Below are positions 37,421-50,336 of a DNA stretch of 64,000 nucleotides, in pieces. Made by a program: the position numbers and the translations under genes. Below the pieces are notes generated by a model. It saw only the letters and a list, made by a program, of their open reading frames with translations. It made no database searches and was not told where the DNA came from. The stretch comes from Eledone cirrhosa. Taxonomy: Eukaryota. The stretch covers positions 5,828,001 through 5,892,000 of the forward strand of contig OZ024760.1 in assembly GCA_964016885.1 (NCBI GenBank), given 5' to 3'. Numbering within the stretch: the stretch's first letter is position 1; the number at the start of each line of letters is the position of its first letter.

Positions 37421-40055
37421 TGGGTGCCACAGTGGCTATTGGGGTGCCACAGTGTCTATTGGGGTGCCACAGTGGCTATTGGGGTGCCACAGTGGCTATT
37501 GGGGTGCCACAGTGTCTATTGGGGTGTCACAGTGGCTGTTGGGGTGCCACAGTGGATATTGGGGTGCCACAGTGGATATTGGGGTGCCACAGTGGTTATT
37601 GGGGTGCCACAGTGGCTATTGGGGTGTCACAGTGTCTATTGGGGTGCCACAGTAGCTATTGGGGTGCCACAGTGTCTATTGGGGTGTCACAGTGTCTATT
37701 GGGGTGCCACAGTGGCTATTGGGGTGTCACAGTGTCTATTGGGGTGCCACAGTGGCTATTGGGGTGTCACAGTGTCTATTGGGGTGCCACAGTGGCTATT
37801 GGGGTGTCACAATGGTTATTGGGGTGCCACAGTGGCTATTGGGGTGTCACAATGGTTATTGGGGTGCCACAGTGGCTATTGGGGTGTCACAGTGTCTATT
37901 GGGGTGTCACAGTGTCTATTGGGGTGCCACAGTGGCTATTGGGGTGTCACAGTGGCTATTGGGGTGCCACAGTGGCTGTTGGGGTGCCACAGTGCCTATT
38001 GGGGTGTCACAGTGGCTATTGGGGTGTCACAGTGTCTATTGGGGTGCCACACAGTGGCTATTGGGGTGCCACAGTGGCTATTGGGGTGCCACAGTGGCTA
38101 TTGGGGTGTCACAGTGGCTATTGGGGTGTCACAGTGGTTATTGGGGTGCCACAGTGGCTATTGGGGTGTCACAGTGTCTATTGGGGTGCCACAGTGGCTA
38201 TTGGGGTGTCACAGTGTCTATTGGGGTGCCACAGTGGCTATTGGGGTGCCACAGTGGCTATTGTGGTGCCACAGTGGCTATTGTGGTGCCACAGTGGCTA
38301 TTGGGGTGCCACAGTGTCTATTGGGGTGTCACAGTGTCTATTGGGGGTGCCACAGTGTCTATTGGGGTGCCACAGTGGATATTGGGGTGCCACAGTGGCT
38401 ATTGGGGTGCCACAGTGGCTATTGGGGTGCCACAGTGGCTATTGGGGTGTCACAGTGTCTATTAGGGTGCCACAGTGGCTATTGGGGTGCCACAGTGGCT
38501 ATTGGGGTGCCACAGTGGCTATTGGGGTGCCAGTGTCTATTGGGGTTCCACAGTGTCTATTGGGGTGCCACAGTGGCTATTGGGGTGCCACAGTGGTTGT
38601 TGGGGTGTCACAGTGTCTATTGGGGTGCCACAGTGTCTATTGGGGTTCCACAGTGTCTATTGGGGTGCCACAGTGTCTATTGGGGTGCCACAGTGGCTAT
38701 TGGGGTGCCACAGTGGCTATTGGGGTGTCACAGTGTCTATTGGGGTGCCACAGTGTCTATTGGGGTGCCACAGTGTCTATTGGGGTGCCACAGTGGCTAT
38801 TGAGGTGCCACAATGGCTATTGGGGTGCCACAGTGGATATTGGGGTTCCACAGTGTCTATTGGGGTGCCACAGTGTCTATTGGGGTGCCACAGTGGCTAT
38901 TGAGGTGCCACAATGGCTATTGGGGTGCCACAGTGGATATTGGGGTTCCACAGTGTCTATTAGGGTGCCACAGTGGCTGTTGGGGTGCCACAGTGTCTAT
39001 TGGGGTGCCACAGTGGCTATTGGGGTCCCACAGTGTCTATTGGGGTGCCACAGTGTCTATTGGGGTGCCACAGTGGCTGTTGGGGTGCCACAGTGGCTGT
39101 TGGGGTGCCACAGTGGCTATTGGGGTGCCACAGTGGCTGTTGGGGTGCCACAGTGGCTATTGGGGTGCCACAGTGGCTATTGGGGTGTCACAGTGACTGT
39201 TGGGTGCCACAGTGACTGTTGGGGTGCCACAGTGGCTATTGGGGTGCCACAGTGGCTATTGGGGTGCCACAGTGGCTGTTGGGGTGCCACAGTGGCTGTT
39301 GGGGTGCCACAGTGGCTATTGGGGTGCCACAGTGGCTATTGGGGTGTCACAGTGGCTATTGGGGTGTCACAGTGACTGTTGGGTGCCACAGTGACTGTTG
39401 GGGTGCCACAGTGGCTATTGGGGTGCCACAGTGACTATTGGGGTTCCACAGTGGATATTGGGGTGCCACAGTGGCTATTGGGGTGCCATTGTGGCTATTG
39501 GGGTGCCATAGTGACTGTTGGGTGCCACAGTGGCTATTGGGGTTCCACAGTGGCTATTGGGGTGCCACAGTGGCTATTGGGGTGCCACAGTGGCTATTGG
39601 GGTGCCACAGTGGTTATTGGGGTGCCACAGTGGCTATTGGGGTGCCACAGTGGCTATTGGGGTGCCACAGTGGCTATTGGGGTGCCACAGTGGCTATTGG
39701 GGTGCCATTGTGGCTATTGGGGTGCCATAGTGACTGTTGGGTGCCACAGTGGCTATCGGGGTGCCACAGTGGCTATTGGGGTGCCACAGTGGCTATTGGG
39801 GTTCCACAGTGGCTATTGGGGTTCCACAGTGGATATTGGGGTTCCACAGTGGCTATTGTGGTGTCACAGTGGCTGTTGGGGTGCCACAGTGGCTATTGGG
39901 GTGCCACAGTGTCTATCGGGGTGCCATAGTGGCTATCGGGGTGCCATAGTGGCTATCGGGGTGCCATAGTGGCTATCGGGGTTCCACAGTGGCTATCAGG
40001 TGCGACAGTGGCTATCAGGTGCCACGGTGGCTATCAGGGTGCAATAGTTGCTATC
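37421..40055 (+). repeat. 20-bp minisatellite, about 130 units
   Basis: GGGGTGCCACAGTGGCTATT with variant units. Confidence 0.97.
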
Positions 40056-42531
40056 AGCCCAATACTAGACTGGTACTTTTTTTTTTATCAAACATGAAAG
40101 GATGAAATACAAAGTTGACCTCAGCATGATTTGAATTGAGAGAGCAGAGGGAGGGCCAAAAGAAATACCATCAAAGAATTCTGTGGTGCCATTAAGTTAG
40201 ACGTGGCCGAAACCCATCAAAATTATCAAAGTATTCTATCCGACATTCTAACGGGTCTGCCAATTCTTCACCTTTGACTGCTGCTTTATATTTTTTTTTA
40301 TTTTATCAACTTTGAAAGAATGAAAGGCAAAGTTGACCTTGGCAGGATTTGAACTGAGAGAGAAGAGAGAGCTGGAATGAAATCGGACAAAGTATTTCAT
40401 CCAATCCAACATTCTAACAACTCTGCCATTACATCACCTCTTCTGTCCTTTAACTCTTTAGGATTTAAACCGTTCGTATCTGGCCAGAATTCTCTCACCT
40501 CCATCAAACTGTCCATAACTGACCTCTCATACTGATGTTAAGGTATTGTTCTAAAATTAAATAACATCAAAATCTCATAGATACAATATTATGTGAGATA
40601 ATTATGTGAGGTAAAGTGTTTACTGTGAAAATACAATAGTAGATATAGACTAATGTAAATGTTAATGGGTTAAGTGAATTGATATTCTGTTGGAGGTCAT
40701 AACACAGCTTATTTCTCCCCAAAGAGAAGAGAATGGAGTGAGAAAGAAATATAGAAAAGTAAAGTTGACCTCGGTGGGATTTGAACTGAAGAGAACTGGA
40801 ATGAATACAGCAAATTATTCTATCTGATGTTTTAACCACTGTGCCAAATACCATCTCCTCTGTATTTTAACCATTTACATTTCTCTATTTTTAGTATTGT
40901 ATTTTTGTGGTAAAATCTTTATCGTACATAATTATCTCACATAATATTGAATTTACAAGATTTTGTTAGTATTTATTTTAACCCTTTAACATTTAAACCA
41001 GCCATATCCGGTCAGAATTTTCTCATCTCTTTCTGTTCAAATCATCTCTAACCAGCCACTCATACTGATGTTAAAGTATTGTTCACAAAATAAATAATAT
41101 CAAAATCTCATAGATTCAATATTATGTGAGATAATTATGTGAGGCAAAGTGTTTACTGTGAAAATACAATAGCAAATATAGAGTAATGTAAATGCTAAAG
41201 GGTTAACGTCTGTATGAGCAGCCGGTTATGGCCGGTTTGAACAGAAAGGGGTGAGAGAATTTTGGCCGGATATATCCAGTTTACATGCTAAGAGGTTAAG
41301 TGAATTGAAATCCTGTCATAAATAGGGGGGAGGGAGGAGAGGGGTGATGTATTTGTCTCTCAATCATTCATCATTACTGAAATATTTATCAATCACATAG
41401 CAAGGCCAGTTTGATCGACTGCACATTATGGAAGTAGAACGGGTCATTTCATTAAATATTTGTGCTATGAGCATCTGGTTTAGCATAGTTTAAGTACACT
41501 ACATCTTATAGGCAGTGAATTGCCAGAGTCATTAAAACATTGGATAGTTTGTGGTATTCATTCCAGCTCTCTGTGTTCAATGAGTTCAAATCTCATATAG
41601 GTCAGGTCATCTTTGCTTTTTATCTTTTCAAGTTCAATAAAACTAAGTACCAGTCTAATACTGGGGCTGATTCTTCCTCTAAATCTCTTTCTCAACTCCT
41701 CTCTTTCACACTTTTTTTTACTTCCTCTAAATCTCCTTCACTTTATTACTCTCTCTATCACTTTATTACTCTCTCTATCACTTTATTATACTCTCTCTTT
41801 CTCTCTCTCTCCTTCAGTAGAAGTAATCAGAGCTGTATTCATGTGTATGTGAGCAGTTGGTTATGTAGCCGTGTGCATGTGTGTATATGTGTGTATGTCT
41901 GTGATGGTGTATATGTGTGCATGCGTATGTGTATGCATGTGCGTGCATTTGCTTGTGTGTGTGTCTACACGTGAACACGTGTGTGTGTATGTGTGCATGT
42001 GTGTATATTTGTGTGCATTTGCTTGTGTATGTATGTACATGTGAACGTGTGCATGTGTGCATGTGTGCATGTGTGTATGTGTGCGTGTGTGTGCATGTGC
42101 TTGAATGCATGTTTGTCTGTGTGCATGTGTATGTATGTTTGATGGTCAATGAAAAAAAAACTCATGAGACAGTTGATGCGCTGTCCATGGTGTGTCTAAA
42201 CATTTTTTGTAGGATCGGTCACTTAAAATTGTGAAATTACTTCCGCGAACAATCACGAATGCCTGGCTATCAGATATCTAAAGGATAGGGGGGAGAAGGG
42301 GAGGAGGAAGGGGGGAAGGGGATAAGGGAGGGGGAGAATGGCAGAGAAAGATATAAAAAGAAAGAAAGAGAGAGAGGTGTTGGAAATAGGGAGAGAGGTA
42401 GAGAGAAAGAGAGGCTGGAGAGAGAGAGGCTGGAGAGAGGAGAGAGGGGGTGGGGTGGAGAGAGATAGAGAAATGTGGAGAGAGAAAGAGAGAGAGCAAG
42501 GGGGAGAAATGTGGAGAGAGAGAGATAGCTT

Positions 42532-42589
<58 letters not shown>

Positions 42590-43542
42590 AAATGTAGAGA
42601 GAGAGATAGTAAGAGGTGTATCGAGGACAGGGATAGCTAGGAGAGAGAGGGGAGGGAAAATGTGGAGAGAGAGAGTGAGAGAGAGAGAGAGAGAGGGGGA
42701 TGGAGAAGAGCAGAGAGAGATAGAGGGAGAGAGAAAGAGTGGAGAGAGGGATGGAAAGAAGAGAAAGAAAGAAATGAAAGTGAGAGAGATTATATTCCAA
42801 TATGCATGTTATGATTATAGACAGCGAATTGGCAGAGTCGTTAGAATGTTAGAATGCTTTATGATATTCGTTCCAGCTTTCTGAGATCAAATCTCGCCGA
42901 GGTCAACTCTGCCTTTTGAGGTTGATAAAAAAAAAGTACCAGTCTAGTACTGGGGTCAATTCTTCCTCTATATATCTTTCTCATTTCCTCTCTCTCACTT
43001 TCTATCTTTCTCTGGAAGAAATCTGCTGTACTCTGGCCCCTGGAGAGAGAGATAGACGGGCTCTGGCAGGCTTAAGAATGCCCAAGAAACGATGTATGTC
43101 AAAGCGGCGTCCCTGTGACTATCAAGAGTTACGGGACCATACATACATATATAATTGCTTCCACTTCTGGCACAAGGGCAACAGTTATCCCAGTGCATTA
43201 CTGGTACTCTATTTTATCGACCATGTAAGGATGAAAGACAAAGTTAACCTCGGCGGGATTTGAACTCAGACCATAAAGGGACGTAACTCTTTGCTGCAAA
43301 ACATGGAGTCCGACCCTCTACCGATACTGACATATATAGTACCAGCCTAGTAATGGGGTGGATTCTTCCTCTATATCTCTTTCTTAAGAAATCTGCGGTA
43401 CTCAGACCTGGAGAGGGATGGACTCCGCCAGGTTTAAAAATGCCCAAGAAACGCTATATGTCAATATGGCGCCACTACGACTATCAGGAGTTACAGAACC
43501 ATACAACAATACAATATCATGATTATTGGGCCAGGGTACATG

Positions 43543-43735
43543 TAACAGCTGAATAACTAGAGTAGGTTATACTAAATATTACAAATATACCCAATATTGC
43601 ATTGGTAACAGCTGAATAACTAGAGTAGGTTGTACTAAATATTACAAATATACCCCAATATTGCATTGGTAACAGCTGAATAACTAGAGTAGGTTGTACT
43701 AAATATTACAAATATACCCCAATATTGCATTGGTA
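43543..43735 (+). repeat. About 64-bp tandem repeat, 3 copies
   Basis: GTAACAGCTGAATAACTAGAGTAGGTTGTACTAAATATTACAAATATACCCCAATATTGCATTG. Confidence 0.9.
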
Positions 43736-44516
43736 CTTTTTTTTACTTTTTTATAGCAGCCTTGAAAAGATGAAAGGCAAACCTTTCATAGTTAAGGGGT
43801 CGATAAAATAAAATACCAGTAATGCGCTGAGGTAATTGCAGGCCTTGTGCCAAAAGTAGAAACAATTATGTTTTTTTGTGTGTTCCGTTAATTTTAAACG
43901 GAAATTTTTGGACAGTTTCTTTTTTTACACGGTATAGTGTTCGTGTGACAGACGGACAGATATAGGGTATAGAGTTATGATACAGACGGAATTGTATACA
44001 AACAATAAACACTTTGACTTCGATCTAAAACCAATATAAACAAAAATACGACAATATTCCGATGACCTGTTATTGGAAGAATTTCGGAAACAAGAAAAAA
44101 ACACATAAAAGTCTCACATTTTGAATTTAATACATACTCATTAATACATACACACATAGACACACACATACACATACACACATAAAGACACATACAAAGA
44201 CACATAATACACACAGACACATAAATACACACACATACACACAATTCTCACAGACAAACACACATGCATACACATATATGCACATATCACACACAGACAT
44301 ATATACAGAGACACATACACACAGACAAAGATGCACATACACACACACCCATGCATATACACCCCCACACACACAGACACATATATACACATACATACAT
44401 ACACATACATACACACACACAAATCAAGGTTAAATGAAATTTGTTTTCTTCAGCCAAAAAATTCGAAGAATGTATCAACTGTTAAATTAGATATCGTTAA
44501 TTTCATTTGAATAAAA

Positions 44517-44900
44517 ATAATTGTTTCTTCTTTTGGCACAAGGCCAGCAATTACCCTAGTGCATTACTGGTACTTTATTTTATCGACCCAGTAAGGATGA
44601 AAAGCAAAGCTAACCTCGGCAGGATTTGAACTCAGAACGTAAAGGACCAGGACTCTATGCTGCAAAGCGTGGTGTCTGACGCCCTACCGATTCTGCCAAA
44701 CCACATAATAATAATAATTGTTTCTACTTTTGGCACAAGGCCAGCATTTTCCCAGTGTATTACTGGTACTTTATACTATCGACCCCGTAAGGATTGAAGG
44801 CAAAGCTAACCTAGGCGAGATTTGAACTCAGAACGTAAAGGGCCATAACTATGCTGTAAAGCATGTTGTCTGACGCTCTACCGCTACTGCCAAACCACAT
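44517..44900 (-). mobile_element. Two tandem tRNA-derived SINE copies; further copies or fragments at about 11455, 41510, 42820, 43155, 43790, 45610, 49090, 54170, 54485, 55803, 58050
   Basis: Reverse complements of the 17081 SINE. Confidence 0.8.
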
Positions 44901-45577
44901 AATGATGATGATGATGATGAAAATAATAATAATAATAAAACTACAAAAGAAAACAAAAGAAAACAAAAGAAAACAAAAAAAAAAACAATAAAAGAGAAAG
45001 AGAGAATTCTTTGACACTTTTCAGAAGGAATTCAAAACAGAAAATAATCGATAAGACAATAGCAGCCAAAGCTACTGGGCCAAAATCGATAAGCAAGGAA
45101 CAGCAAATGTGGAATATATTCACAATTATGTTTTGGTTCGATTCTATGTAGCATCTTGTCTTGTTGTCTTCGAAAGAAAAAAAAATGTCGTGAGAGTTGT
45201 GGGGGGGTTAAATGACATTCCTGAAATTTTACAATTATTCTCTATATATATATATATATAGATATTTATATATAGATATTTATCTATACCTATCTATCTA
45301 TTGATAGATAGGTAGGTATAGATCAATATCTATATCTATCTATACACATATGTTTGTTGTGTATATGTATATATCTATCTATCTAAGGCGGGTAAAATTC
45401 CCGAGATCCATGGACGAGTTCTCTCCAGCGGTCTCTGTCCCTCATAATCGCTGCCATGTCCTGCATCTCCAACAGACCAGTGTCTGTCCTTAGGGCATCA
45501 ACATATGTTAACCTTGGTCTTCCTCTTCTAGTGTGTCCATGTCGGGGCTTCCAAAGGAGCACTGAGTGCAATGTCAA

Positions 45578-45609
<32 letters not shown>

Positions 45610-45750
45610 ATAGTTGTTTCTACATTTGGCAGAAAACCAGCAATTATCCGAGTGCATTACTGGTACTTTATTTATCGACCCCGTAAGGATGAAAGGCAAA
45701 GTTAACCTCGACGGGTTCGGCCCTAATACGTCGATATACGACAGGATAGC

Positions 45751-45806
<56 letters not shown>

Positions 45807-45990
45807 CGAGTAGAACCCCGACGGCTGAGCTCAAGCCGTTTCGACGGCTAGTCCAGAATTAGCCGTCGAAACGGCTTGAGCTCAGCCGTCGGGGTCCTAC
45901 TCGTTCCTATTACCCACTCTACTACCCTAAGTATTGAGTACTTTGGTGCGTTATGGTCCACCTGGTTCCTTACCACATTTCCTTCGTTAT
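45807..45990 (+). mobile_element. Fold-back element containing the 3' half of a canonical GUC hammerhead, plus tail
   Basis: Hairpin 45807-45903: GACGGCTA/TAGCCGTC-GAAAC-GGCT..AGCC-GTC. Confidence 0.6.
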
Positions 45991-46189
45991 ATATATATAC
46001 ATATATATTGACCCTCATACGTTGATATACGACGGGGGAGTTCACCTGATAAACAGCCGTTGGGGTCCTGATTCTTTTCCTATTACCCATAAATATATAT
46101 ATAAAACAAAGAGGGTGTGGTAAGATATCAGGTGGACCATAACGCACCGGGGTACACCTATTATCTTACCACACCCTATATATGTAAAG

Positions 46190-46254
46190 ATTTCTTCTGA
46201 TGAATGAAGACAGACATAAGTATCTGTCTTCAAGAAACCACTGGTAAATGGAAT
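46190..46254 (+). ncRNA. Probable hammerhead ribozyme motif (imperfect stems I and III)
   Basis: ATTTCTT-CTGATGA-aTGAAGACAGA/TCTGTCTTCAa-GAAA-CCACTGG-TA-AATGGAAT. Confidence 0.55.
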
Positions 46255-46269
46255 AATTATCTTATGTTG

Positions 46270-46320
<51 letters not shown>

Positions 46321-46564
46321 TATTCTAAGGCGGGTAAAATTCCCGAGATCCATGGACGAGTTCTTTCCAGCGGTCTCTGTCCCTCATTATCGCTGCCATG
46401 TCCTGCGTCTCCAACAGACCAGTGTCTGTCCTTAGGGCATCAACATACGTTAACCTTGGTCTTCCACTTCTAGTGTGTCCATGTAGGGGCTCCCACAGGA
46501 GCACTGAGTGCAATGTCAACTCCGGATGTCGGTGAGCATGTCCAGCTAACCTCATGTATGTATG

Positions 46565-46624
<60 letters not shown>

Positions 46625-46818
46625 TTATATACACACACACTTCTGACAGGATCCGCTGTACCCACGACCCTCTCAGGAATAAGTGAGCGAAAAAGAAATT
46701 AGATATATATGTATAGAAATGGTTTTTACAAGACTAGAACTGGTTCATTCGAAGGAAATCATCATACTCTGCTATGTATTGAGTACCTTACTTACTGTGG
46801 TTACCTCCGATTGAACCC

Positions 46819-46917
<99 letters not shown>

Positions 46918-47888
46918 CTGCTAGCATCACTGGATGGTAATACATGACATGAACAGCGACATATCCCCATGATTGCATAACTATGATTGTATAAGAATCT
47001 GAAGTCAGATGCATAACCATGTAACCAGGTATATCATGCAATAAAGCAATTATTAATCTATATATATATATGCACACAACACACAAAAACAAGATGGTGT
47101 AGGACAGAACAAAGGAGAGACACAAAATAACAAATCAGTTTGTTATTTTGTTAACAGAATGTGTGACGAAAGAGCTTTGACAATATATAAACCATCCGGT
47201 TGTTGAACCAACCAACCGGAAATTTATAATAAATTGAAGTGTAAACTAACAGAGACAGCATGACCCTCCCAAAGTATAATAATATATGTTTCAACACACG
47301 TTTTCAGATAAGAAATCTTGCAAAACAAATTAAAAAACGAAGTATATATATATATATATATATATATACTCATATTATCATATTAGCGCCCGAGAAAAGG
47401 TCTCTATTTTGAATGCCTCTTGATTTCTGGAAGTATGGCCAGATTTGAGCTTTGGGACCTTGAGTGCCGCCTTTGTTCCGTGTATGAACATAAATAAATT
47501 ATATATATATATATATATATGACTTCTACAGGACTAGACCTGTTTAATTCGTATGAAATCACTAGGAATGTCTTGGGTGTATGCATTACCAAGTTGTGAA
47601 GGTTTTTAATTGAGAAGAGCATTAAAGAACGAATGTCAGATGTCTTTGTGGGAAAATATATATTCGGTGATGAATAGGGTGATGTTTATATGTGAAATCC
47701 TTCAAAAAAACATACACAAATATGAGTAACTGTGTATATATGTCGTGCGTTTGTCATTTTATATAAATATATATTCCTGATGAAGTCTCTATATATATAT
47801 ATATATATATAAAATAAATGTCTATACTCTACTAACCTATTGAGTACCTTTTTTAACTGAGGTCACCTCCTGACACAACACGGGAAAC

Positions 47889-47929
<41 letters not shown>

Positions 47930-48500
47930 GCAAAATTTGGAGACATACCAATAAAACGAGACACAAACACAGTGACGGTCGAATATGGGACGAGCTGGTA
48001 TATACATGATATAGAAATACAACTGCTAAATTCAACAATACAAAAATACTGTGGTCATCAGCTGTCGACTTGGTCTTACAGTTTCAAAATCTTACTGACT
48101 GCTGGTCACTTCAGGGTGACCAGGCCTTTTGTGAATTGTAGAATATATATAAATAACATTACAAATGCTTAGATGACATTATATATTGCTCGTGATTCTT
48201 TCAGAAAGATATATTCTTTTAATGTTACAAATATTAAAGAAAATGTAAAGGAAGGGGTGAACAACCGAGCCAACACCAGAGCAAAAGACAGCAGCGAGGG
48301 GCACTGGGCAACCTCTCTAATGATTTTTGATGAGCCCTCTGCCGATCATCTCGAATTTTGTTTATCGTGAACTCGTGCGCCGATTTTTCGATACTCGATT
48401 ATTCTACTATATATATATATAGAGAGAGAGAGAGACATTCTACGCATATATATTGTTATTTTCTTGGAATTTGTAAGCTATTATGAACGCAATACGACGA

Positions 48501-48534
<34 letters not shown>

Positions 48535-48539
48535 CACAG

Positions 48540-48572
<33 letters not shown>

Positions 48573-48904
48573 CATATATACATACTGTTATACTTTGCAG
48601 TGGGTCATGTTGCCAGACCCTCTCAAAGTCTAACAATATCTGTTTCAACACACGATTGCACATCAAGATGGCAAAACAAATACAAAAACAAAGGGTACAT
48701 ATACAGACATATATATATATATTGAAACGAAGTAATCAGAAGGACCGATATATCTACGATTGTTATACACACACACACACATATATATATATATTATACA
48801 CACACATATATGTATATATATAATGTGTGTGTAACTGCATATGCTCATTAGATGTGTGTGAATGGAGAAAAACATGTGATTGAAGTCGCTTTTATCCGAT
48901 ATCA

Positions 48905-48946
<42 letters not shown>

Positions 48947-49042
48947 GTGTGTACTAGTGTGATAGAGGGCGGCCTCGGTAGGTTCACTATTATGATGATA
49001 AATAAACAAGGAATTTCGGAAATTCTTTGTATTACATAGAAT

Positions 49043-49081
<39 letters not shown>

Positions 49082-49328
49082 TATATAATAATTGTTTCTA
49101 CTTTTGGCACAAGGCCAGCAAATAACCAGTGCATTACTGGTACTTTATTTTATCGACCCCGTAAGGATGAAAGGCAAAGTTAACCGCGAATAATAAACGA
49201 AAGACAGTTACTTAAGACAATCCCAAATATATATATATATATATATACGTTATTCCGGGTTGAATCGGAGGTAACCACAGTAAGTAAGGTACTCAATACA
49301 TAGCAGAGTATAACAGTTTTAATATAGA

Positions 49329-49361
<33 letters not shown>

Positions 49362-49460
49362 AATTGAAATACTAGAGTGTGTTGGAGTTAAACACCCTCT
49401 TCGTATTATAGAAATGACAGTAAAGGTATAGCTCAATGTAATTAAACAGAGCCGAAGAAT

Positions 49461-49516
<56 letters not shown>

Positions 49517-49583
49517 AACGCATACACACACACACATGTACAGGTAACATCTCTCTCTCTTTTTCAACAACATTAACACTTAC

Positions 49584-49945
49584 CTGATTTCAAATAGTCC
49601 GGGTTTATCCAAATTGCTAGCCTCGAAGTTAAAAGAGGCGTTGTAAATATCTATCTCACCCAACGGTAGCATATCGTGTTGACTTCGGTAATGGTAAAGT
49701 TTACAGGTCTTTTCAGAGAACACAAAGTACCTCTGTTTGTTGATTTTGGGCAAGAGCTTGTTGTTGGGCCGCACGGACAGCCACCCGCAAAGCCTGTCAG
49801 CCTCGGACACCGTGTCGTCGTATGCACCCGACGAGGCCGTGTCTCCGTTCAGGGCATTGTTGGTCATCCCGATATCCAGATGTTTCACCTCTGCAATACA
49901 TGTCACTTCAACGGGTTTTGACTGTCCGGCGATGTTGACTTCCAT
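49584..49945 (-). CDS. TBC1D2: First coding exon of a TBC1D2/TBC1D2B-like Rab-GAP (N-terminal PH domain, incomplete)
   Basis: MEVNIAG...RLCGWLSVRPNNKLLPKINKQRYFVFSEKTCKLYHYRSQHDMLPLGEIDIYNASFNFEASNLDKPGLFEI; resembles the TBC1D2-family PH pattern LCGYL..RWFVF..CxLYY..QDxxPLGxIDIxxAxF; ends at phase-2 AG|GTAAGT. Start codon inferred; family assignment from memory. Confidence 0.8.
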
Positions 49946-50127
49946 GGTCAAATCGGGGGTCAAGTGAAGTAAAAAGTGACGGTGTGTGGTCAAGCTAGCT
50001 AGTTAGGCCAGTCAGGAGCAACATATAACAATAATGATAATGGTTTCTGATTTAGGCACAAGGCCAACAATTAATAAAAAATAACAGAATTTTGTTTTCC
50101 CCCGTCCGTCCTTATATATATATATAT

Positions 50128-50163
<36 letters not shown>

Positions 50164-50301
50164 ACGCACACACACACACAAACAATGTTCTATGTACACA
50201 CGTACATAGAACAGTCTGACATTAACAAAATATGCATTCAATACATGTGAGCAGAGTCTGCTGCGAAATTATAATATACATTTATATACAGAGATGCATA
50301 T

Positions 50302-50336
<35 letters not shown>

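Larger units (their letters stand above)
31928..41469. repeat. About 820-bp near-identical inverted duplication (31928-32745 and about 40650-41469)
   Basis: Reverse-complement match with only a handful of substitutions; the ORF track shows the same peptide at 32543+ and 40854-. Confidence 0.9.
45383..46555 (-). mobile_element. Two RTE-type LINE 3' fragments (45383-45577, 46325-46555); decayed relative at about 58545-58850
   Basis: RLAGHAHRHPELTLHSVLLWEPLHGHTRSGRPRLTYVDALRTDTGL..DRDRW. Confidence 0.75.

Noticed and set aside
37396-39969. 659-aa and overlapping GCHSGYWGATVAIGVPQWLL repeat ORFs; superficial CRISPR-like periodicity
   Set aside because: 20-bp minisatellite open in all frames; no unique spacers, no cas genes, eukaryotic context
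48040-48125. Minus-strand GAAA..TA..CTGATGA arrangement suggesting a permuted hammerhead
   Set aside because: Required stems I and II do not pair
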